A DNA stretch of 64,000 nucleotides from Pelagimonas sp. (lineage in GTDB: Bacteria; Pseudomonadota; Alphaproteobacteria; Rhodobacterales; Rhodobacteraceae), in contig NZ_JBOEGM010000013.1 of NCBI RefSeq assembly GCF_050633425.1, forward strand, positions 54,511 to 118,510, given 5' to 3'. This document shows positions 58,971 through 64,000 of this stretch, in pieces. Made by a program: the position numbers and the translations under genes. The stretch's first letter is position 1. Every line of letters starts with the position of its first letter. The notes under the pieces were generated by a model. The model had not been told where the DNA came from. It saw nothing but the letters and a program-made list of their open reading frames with translations, and did not search any database.

Positions 58971-59957
58971 TTAGGCGAACACGGCTGTCAGCGCGTCTTC
59001 CGGTTTCGGATCGGCACTTTCGCGGGCAAAACGGATCGCTTCGTCCACAGCAGCCTGTGCTTTGGCTTCCATTTCATCCAATTCGGCGTCGGTGAAATTG
59101 CCGTCAGCCAGTAGTCTGGCGCGCATTGTCGGGATCGGGTCCTTCTCAAATAGCCCGTCCTTTTCACCGTCAGGACGGTAGCCTTCTGCATCCCCCATGA
59201 AGTGGCCGGCCAATCGATAGGTTTCGATCTCGATCAGCGTCGGACCTTCGCCGCGGCGCGCCCGCTCAATCGCTTCACCCGCGACTTCGTAAATCTTCAG
59301 AGGATCGTTATCTGGTACGAAATGGCCAGGAATTCCGTAGGCTGCCGCACGATCTGAATTGCGTTGGATTGCGGTCGAGGCCTCTTTCGACACGGAAATG
59401 CCCCAGGCATTGTCTTCAACCACCACCACCATCGGCAGCTTCCAGACCGCAGCCAGGTTCATCGCCTCATGAAAAGCCCCCTGGTTGGCGGCACCTTCAC
59501 CGATGAAAGACACGGCGACACCCGTTTTACCCTGAATCTGACGCGACAGTGCCGCGCCTGCCGCGGGGCCCATACCCTGCGCGATAATGCCGGAACAGGC
59601 AAAGTTCACATCCGCATCGAAGATATGCATGTGACCACCGCGCCCGCCGGACAGGCCGGTCGCCTTGCCGAAAATCTCAGCGGCCATTTTTTTCAGATCC
59701 ACGCCCTTCGCAATCGCCTGATGGTGAGGACGGTGTGTCGCAGTAACGATATCCTCCGCTTCGAGATGGGCGCAAACGCCGACTGCAACGGGTTCCTGCC
59801 CGTCCGACAGATGCATCTCGCCGGGAATGGGCCCGTCCGCCATGTTGAACACGGGCGTCTTCCCTTCCATGTAGATTTTCTCGATGGCATTTTCGAAGCG
59901 ACGGCTTGTGACCATCTTTTCGTACATCCACGCCAATGTTTGTTTGTCTGGCTGCAT
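58971..59957 (-). CDS. TPP-dependent dehydrogenase E1 alpha subunit
   Basis: The TPP-binding motif ('GIIAQGMGPAAGAAL', 'GEGAANQGAF'). Start 'MQPDKQ' with a GGAGGAGAGAAAC ribosome-binding site. The longer upstream ORF extension was rejected. Confidence 0.85.
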   Translation of the reverse strand: MQPDKQTLAWMYEKMVTSRRFENAIEKIYMEGKTPVFNMADGPIPGEMHLSDGQEPVAVGVCAHLEAEDIVTATHRPHHQAIAKGVDLKKMAAEIFGKATGLSGGRGGHMHIFDADVNFACSGIIAQGMGPAAGAALSRQIQGKTGVAVSFIGEGAANQGAFHEAMNLAAVWKLPMVVVVEDNAWGISVSKEASTAIQRNSDRAAAYGIPGHFVPDNDPLKIYEVAGEAIERARRGEGPTLIEIETYRLAGHFMGDAEGYRPDGEKDGLFEKDPIPTMRARLLADGNFTDAELDEMEAKAQAAVDEAIRFARESADPKPEDALTAVFA

Positions 59958-60273
59958 TGTTTCTCTCCTCCTTAACGAAGGAAAGGCTGATGGACTCTTT
60001 GCAAGGAGAGTAGTGTTTTCCCAGGGCAGCGGGCCGAGTCGGAAAAACTGTCTCATCTCGTCTAAGTTGAGACACTCAATTAGACAGATTTGCGCCACTC
60101 GACATAGAGGCCGAGCGTGTTCGTCGCTGCAACAGCACGACTGCTCCGTGAGTCGAAACCATCCCACATTCAGCGAAATGCGCACAACCATAGTTTGTGT
60201 TCCCGCGCCTACAATCGTGCCTGCTTCGGAACGCACTATGCTCATCGATGCACTGCGCAGCATCCGAAATTTT

Positions 60274-60290
60274 GGGCTCACTGCCGATTT
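60274..60290. repeat. Partial copy (left end) of the REP/MITE-like repeat
   Basis: GGGCTCACTGCCGATTT matches the first 14 nt of copy C exactly. Confidence 0.4.
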
Positions 60291-60364
60291 CGCTAATTTT
60301 CGATACTGGCGAGTAAATCTTCAAGCTCACATCTGTTTTCCGAGAGTGTGACCTCTGGGAAAAA

Positions 60365-60400
60365 CAAAAAAGCCCCGCTCGAATGAGCGGGGCTTTTGGC
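60365..60400 (-). terminator. Rho-independent terminator downstream of rplY (hairpin usable on both strands)
   Basis: AAAGCCCCGCTC-gaat-GAGCGGGGCTTTT with T-runs. Confidence 0.5.
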
Positions 60401-60417
60401 GCAACAAGTGTTGCGGC

Positions 60418-61050
60418 TTATTCTTCGGCGGCTGCCGCTTCTTCTGCTTCACCTTCGTCGTCGCTATCGGACGATTTCAGACCAGATGGGGCTGACAGGT
60501 TGGCGATGACGAAGTCGCGGTCGATGGTTGCTTTTGCGCCTTCGGGCAGTGTCACATCAGAAATGTGGATCACATCACCGATTTCGCGGCCGGTCAGGTC
60601 AACAACCAGTTTCTCAGGGATGTCACCCGCGGTTACAACCAGCTCAACTTCGGGGCGAACCAGTGTCAGAACGCCGCCTTTTTTGATGCCAGGTGCTGTT
60701 TCTTCGTTGATGACTTCAACTGGAATGAACAGAGCCACTTTGGATGTGCGGCGCAGGCGCATGAAATCAACGTGCGTTGGCAAGTCTTTGACAACATCGC
60801 GCTGAACGTCGCGGCAGATGACGCGGACGTCTTCTTGGCCTTCAACTTGCAGGTTCCAAAGTGTGGACTTGAAGCGACCGGCTTTCAGGTTTTTCAGCAA
60901 AACGTTGAATGGGACGTTGATCGGAAGTGGCTCCGCGTCACCACCAAAAACGATGCCCGGAACCTGGCCGTCACGACGTGCCTGACGAGCGGCGCCCTTG
61001 CCTGTCCCCGTGCGTTCCGTAGCTGTGAGATTAGGAATCTCTTTAGCCAT
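60418..61050 (-). CDS. rplY: 50S ribosomal protein L25 / general stress protein Ctc
   Basis: '[30 protein letters not shown]' and an acidic C-terminal tail. Start 'MAKEIPNL'. Confidence 0.85.
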   Translation of the reverse strand: MAKEIPNLTATERTGTGKGAARQARRDGQVPGIVFGGDAEPLPINVPFNVLLKNLKAGRFKSTLWNLQVEGQEDVRVICRDVQRDVVKDLPTHVDFMRLRRTSKVALFIPVEVINEETAPGIKKGGVLTLVRPEVELVVTAGDIPEKLVVDLTGREIGDVIHISDVTLPEGAKATIDRDFVIANLSAPSGLKSSDSDDEGEAEEAAAAEE

Positions 61051-61256
61051 TTGTATTCTCCATAAGATAGGGCAGGGTGCCTCCAAGGCTGTCACCCCGC
61101 GTTGAAGCTGTGCGCGTAGACTGGATTGGGTGGGATTGCAAGATGTTTCCTTGCCAGAAAGCATCTTGCTACTTGGTTTGGCGGTGGGGCTTAATCGCAG
61201 TTCGCAAAAATCTTTTCCGAAAGAGTTTGCGTTTAAAATTATTAGGTGTGCTCTGA

Positions 61257-61868
61257 ATGGTCTCGATTTGGAAAAAGATGGGTTATCTTGCCCTCACAAT
61301 ACTGGCGCTGAGTCTGGCGCAGCCCGCATCATCGCAGCAAAAGAAAAGCTTAGCGTCCGTGTTGGAAGCGTGTTGGGCTGTTGTGTCCGAGCAGGATCCA
61401 GACGTCTTCGCCTGGCTTGATCTGGAGTTCCAGAAAGAGGACGTTCTTGAAGACGGGGCCGTCAATACAATTTGGACAGGAACACAGCTCACCGAATATG
61501 GAGAAATCGAGTTGAAAGCCTTGGTTCGAGAGGGGGTATTGTTTGACTGCTCTATGCTGACATACCCTGAGCCGGATGGGAAAAATTTGATCGGTTTTGA
61601 GGAAGCGAAGGGTGTTTTGGAAAACTGGTTTGCTCAGAAATTAGACCAAGACGGCTTTTTGGGTGGGGACAACCGGCGTGGCTTCTTTGAACTTAAGCGC
61701 TGCGCCAGAGGGAAACCAGCGGTGAGCGCCTTTGTCGTCAGCATGATCCCCGAAGATCCAGATATTATACTGCCCAAAGACACGCCGATTCCCGGCAACA
61801 TTAGGTTTGCGGTGTTCCTTTTCAATCCGCTCAACCTAACAGGTTGCGCGGAACGAGGGGCTTTGTAA
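61257..61868 (+). CDS. Secreted hypothetical protein
   Basis: A signal peptide ('[16 protein letters not shown]'). No recognisable domain. Confidence 0.4.
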   Translation: MVSIWKKMGYLALTILALSLAQPASSQQKKSLASVLEACWAVVSEQDPDVFAWLDLEFQKEDVLEDGAVNTIWTGTQLTEYGEIELKALVREGVLFDCSMLTYPEPDGKNLIGFEEAKGVLENWFAQKLDQDGFLGGDNRRGFFELKRCARGKPAVSAFVVSMIPEDPDIILPKDTPIPGNIRFAVFLFNPLNLTGCAERGAL

Positions 61869-61908
61869 CCTTCTAAATCGGCTCTTTGCGGGGAATGCTC
61901 AAAGCGCT

Positions 61909-63114
61909 TTGACACAGAGCGTTGCAAATCGTGTTTGGACGCTAACGAATAGCCGTGTCACCACTCGCCCCATGCTACGTGATATTTATATTTCTCGCGG
62001 ACCTCTGGCCGCTTTTGCCGCCGAAGGTCTGTTCTGGGGTAGCTTCGCCTCTTTGGTACCGGTCATTAAATCTCAGGTTGGGCTGAGCGATGGTGAATTT
62101 GGCGTTGTCATGCTTATTGCCGCCCTTGGGGCCGTTTGCGCGATGTGGCTCGCGCCTAAGGCGGAACAGAAGCTTGGCCGTTGGACATTGCCGGTGCTGG
62201 CAGCCTTTATGGCCACTGCATTCCTGTTTCCGGGTCATGCCAACACCGGAGCGTTTCTGGCGATTGCGATGATGGCGGCAACCATTGGATCCGGTTCGCT
62301 GGATGTGGCCATGAACGCGCGTATTTCTGTGCTGGAAGGGACCTCAGGGCGCCCGTTGATGAACCTTGCCCATGGCATTTTCTCGGTCTCATATGCGATG
62401 TCCGCTTTGGCCGGCGGGTTCGGACGCGAAGCGGGCTGGTCGCCTGCCATGATTTTCACAGCCCTCGTCGGAGTTTGTTTGCTCCTGATCGTCCAAATGA
62501 TCGCGGCCCCGGTGCCCGATCCAGAGCAAAGCGAAGAAGATCTCGCACCGCGTCGTCTGTCTTGGGTCTTACTCGTCCCTGCGGGGTTGATTGTTTTGCT
62601 TGCCTTTATGTCTGAGCAGGCCACCGAAGGCTGGTCGGCTTTGCATCTTGAACGCGGATTGGGAGCAGGGGCGGCAGAAGGCGCACTTGGCCCGGCAATA
62701 TTAGGGATCACCATGGCGATTGGACGCTTGTCCGGGCAAGTGATCGTGCATTACTGGTCTGAGGCCGTGGTGATCCGTGCCGCGACTGTTTTGGCGGCGA
62801 TCGGATCAGTCGTGGCCGCCTGGGCTCCTAATTTGGCGGTGGCCTATTTAGGCTTTGGCCTGCTTGGCATGGGGGTGTCGGTGGTCGCACCAATGGCGTT
62901 TGCCTGGGTCGGACGGATGGTCTCGTCAGAAAAGAAAGCCTTGGCAATTTCGCGCATTGCTGTGTTGGGGTACGCAGGCTTCTTTATTGGGCCTCCTATG
63001 ATGGGCTTCTTGGCTGAAAATTTTGGGTTGCCCGTGTCGTTTACCGCGATTTCCATCCTGCTATTGCTGGTCCCTTTGGTGCTTGTCCCAATGGTGTCTC
63101 GGTATCGTCCCTAA
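61909..63114 (+). CDS. MFS transporter
   Basis: About 12 TM helices and an MFS loop motif ('GRLSGQVIVHYWSE'). Confidence 0.7.
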   Translation: MTQSVANRVWTLTNSRVTTRPMLRDIYISRGPLAAFAAEGLFWGSFASLVPVIKSQVGLSDGEFGVVMLIAALGAVCAMWLAPKAEQKLGRWTLPVLAAFMATAFLFPGHANTGAFLAIAMMAATIGSGSLDVAMNARISVLEGTSGRPLMNLAHGIFSVSYAMSALAGGFGREAGWSPAMIFTALVGVCLLLIVQMIAAPVPDPEQSEEDLAPRRLSWVLLVPAGLIVLLAFMSEQATEGWSALHLERGLGAGAAEGALGPAILGITMAIGRLSGQVIVHYWSEAVVIRAATVLAAIGSVVAAWAPNLAVAYLGFGLLGMGVSVVAPMAFAWVGRMVSSEKKALAISRIAVLGYAGFFIGPPMMGFLAENFGLPVSFTAISILLLLVPLVLVPMVSRYRP

Positions 63115-63149
63115 GGGCCTGAGCTTAATCGCCATACGCTATCGCAAAT

Positions 63150-63186
63150 GTAAAAGGCCGGGGTGTTACCCGGCCTTCTCTTTATT
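63150..63186. terminator. Bidirectional hairpin terminator between MFS gene and hydroxy-acid dehydrogenase gene
   Basis: AAAAGGCCGGG-tgtta-CCCGGCCTT flanked by T-runs on both strands. Confidence 0.5.
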
Positions 63187-64000
63187 TCCAGTTGTCTGAA
63201 AAGTCCTTGGGGATCATGAGGATATCTTTCCCGACGTTTTTGATGTCGGTGTGACCGGTCAGCGCCATGGACACGTCCAGTTCCTTGTGGATAACCTCCA
63301 ACGCCTTCGTTACGCCCGCCTGTCCCATGGCACCAAGCCCATACACATAGGCCCGACCAATCCAGCACCCCTTGGCCCCCATCGCGACGGCCTTAAGCAC
63401 GTCCTGACCAGAGCGCACACCACTATCAAGATGCACTTCGATTCTGTCGCCAACCGCATCCATAATCTGTTCAAGGGCTCTGATCGAACTCAACGCGCCA
63501 TCGAGCTGGCGACCGCCATGGTTGGATACAATAATCGCATCCGCCCCAACGTTGCAGGCTTCCAGAGCGTCGCGCGGATCAATGATGCCTTTGATGATCA
63601 ACGGGCCATCCCACATTTTGCGAAACTCGCGAATACGGTCCCAGTTCAGCGATTGATCAAAGGCTTCAGCCGTCCAGGACGACAGCGAAGAGGCGTCTTC
63701 TACGCCAGTGGCATGCCCAACAATATTGCCAAAGAACCGCCTTTTGGTTTGCAACATTCCAAGGCCCCATTGGACTTTGGTCATCATGTTGGCCACGGAT
63801 TTTGGGGTCAATTTTGGCGGGGCCGAGAGACCGTTTTTCAAATCCTTGTGCCGCTGGCCTAACATCTGCAAGTCTACAGTGATCACCGCTGCTGAACATT
63901 TGGCAGCCTTGGCACGATCGAACAGACGCTGCATAAAATCATCGTCTTTCAGTGTATATACCTGCATCCAAAACGGCTTGTCGGTGTTGTCAGCCACATC
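63182..64000 (-). CDS. FMN-dependent alpha-hydroxy-acid dehydrogenase/oxidase (L-lactate dehydrogenase-like), N-terminus beyond window
   Basis: 'SNHGGRQLD' and 'GVRSGQDV' are TIM-barrel FMN oxidase signatures. The ORF runs off the 3' edge of the window. Confidence 0.75.
   Translation of the reverse strand, partial: DVADNTDKPFWMQVYTLKDDDFMQRLFDRAKAAKCSAAVITVDLQMLGQRHKDLKNGLSAPPKLTPKSVANMMTKVQWGLGMLQTKRRFFGNIVGHATGVEDASSLSSWTAEAFDQSLNWDRIREFRKMWDGPLIIKGIIDPRDALEACNVGADAIIVSNHGGRQLDGALSSIRALEQIMDAVGDRIEVHLDSGVRSGQDVLKAVAMGAKGCWIGRAYVYGLGAMGQAGVTKALEVIHKELDVSMALTGHTDIKNVGKDILMIPKDFSDNWK

Noticed and set aside
58971-60281. 436-aa version of the E1 alpha ORF
   Set aside because: The first ~108 aa are non-homologous low-complexity sequence. 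The E1 alpha domain begins at 'MQPDKQ', which has a strong ribosome-binding site.
1-64000. CRISPR arrays
   Set aside because: No regularly spaced direct repeats of 25-40 nt were seen anywhere in the window.

Overview
The window reads as a GC-rich alphaproteobacterial chromosome segment, probably a Rhodobacteraceae-type marine genome. It is a mosaic of conserved metabolic operons and accessory DNA. All calls come from reading the ORF translations and raw sequence by eye; no searches were run, and GC statements are visual estimates.

- **tRNA-Phe hotspot (1 to ~6440).** A 5'-truncated P4-type phage/plasmid primase and small hypothetical ORFs lie on the 3' side of tRNA-Phe(GAA) at 2472-2547 (minus strand). 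On the 5' side is a low-GC stretch of decayed mobile elements: an rve-transposase C-terminal remnant, an IS5-family N-terminal fragment, an RTX/T1SS-like repeat-protein fragment, and a disrupted IS3-family orfB.
- **SelD fusion and chemotaxis operon (6444 to ~15400).** A single polypeptide fuses an FAD-dependent oxidoreductase to a Cys-type SelD. It is followed by a complete minus-strand chemotaxis operon of Sinorhizobium che1 type (STAS, cheY, cheA, cheW, cheR, cheY, small coiled-coil ORF, cheB, cheD) with no MCP gene. The operon looks lower in GC than the flanks.
- **Beta-oxidation cluster (15624 to ~27800).** It contains fadB-like, thiolase, GST, two acyl-CoA dehydrogenases, two tandem MerR/LiuR-like regulators with TGACG(T/C)AA operator-like repeats, and two PaaI thioesterases. 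Interleaved are a cupin and four paralogous ~145-aa domains of unknown function; one protein carries a tandem pair. I consider these paralogs the best candidate for an undescribed system.
- **27960 to ~34900.** MATE transporter, standalone trpB, a tandem pair of non-canonical tRNA-like sequences (one tRNA-Met CAT-like), an SPFH protein with a ~390-nt GC-rich leader, a DUF2237-like protein, a beta-lactamase-fold hydrolase and pth.
- **Putative 25.5-kb insertion (34905 to 60417).** It separates pth from rplY (L25/Ctc), which are adjacent in many bacteria. It carries Tat-dependent phoX, AraC regulators, three beta-lactamase-fold hydrolases plus alpha/beta hydrolases, an IS5 pseudogene, a SnoaL/HxlR pair, a secreted ClpP-like/PAN-domain protein, a degenerate sigma-54-activator-like regulator, GMC oxidoreductase, and an acetoin-type 2-oxo-acid dehydrogenase operon. 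In that operon the E2 is split into a free lipoyl carrier and a catalytic domain, with ATGA overlaps coupling it to an LplA-like ligase.
- **Other features.** A ~80-100-bp REP/MITE-like repeat family has four copies in the window. There are three G/C homopolymer tracts of 9-10 nt.
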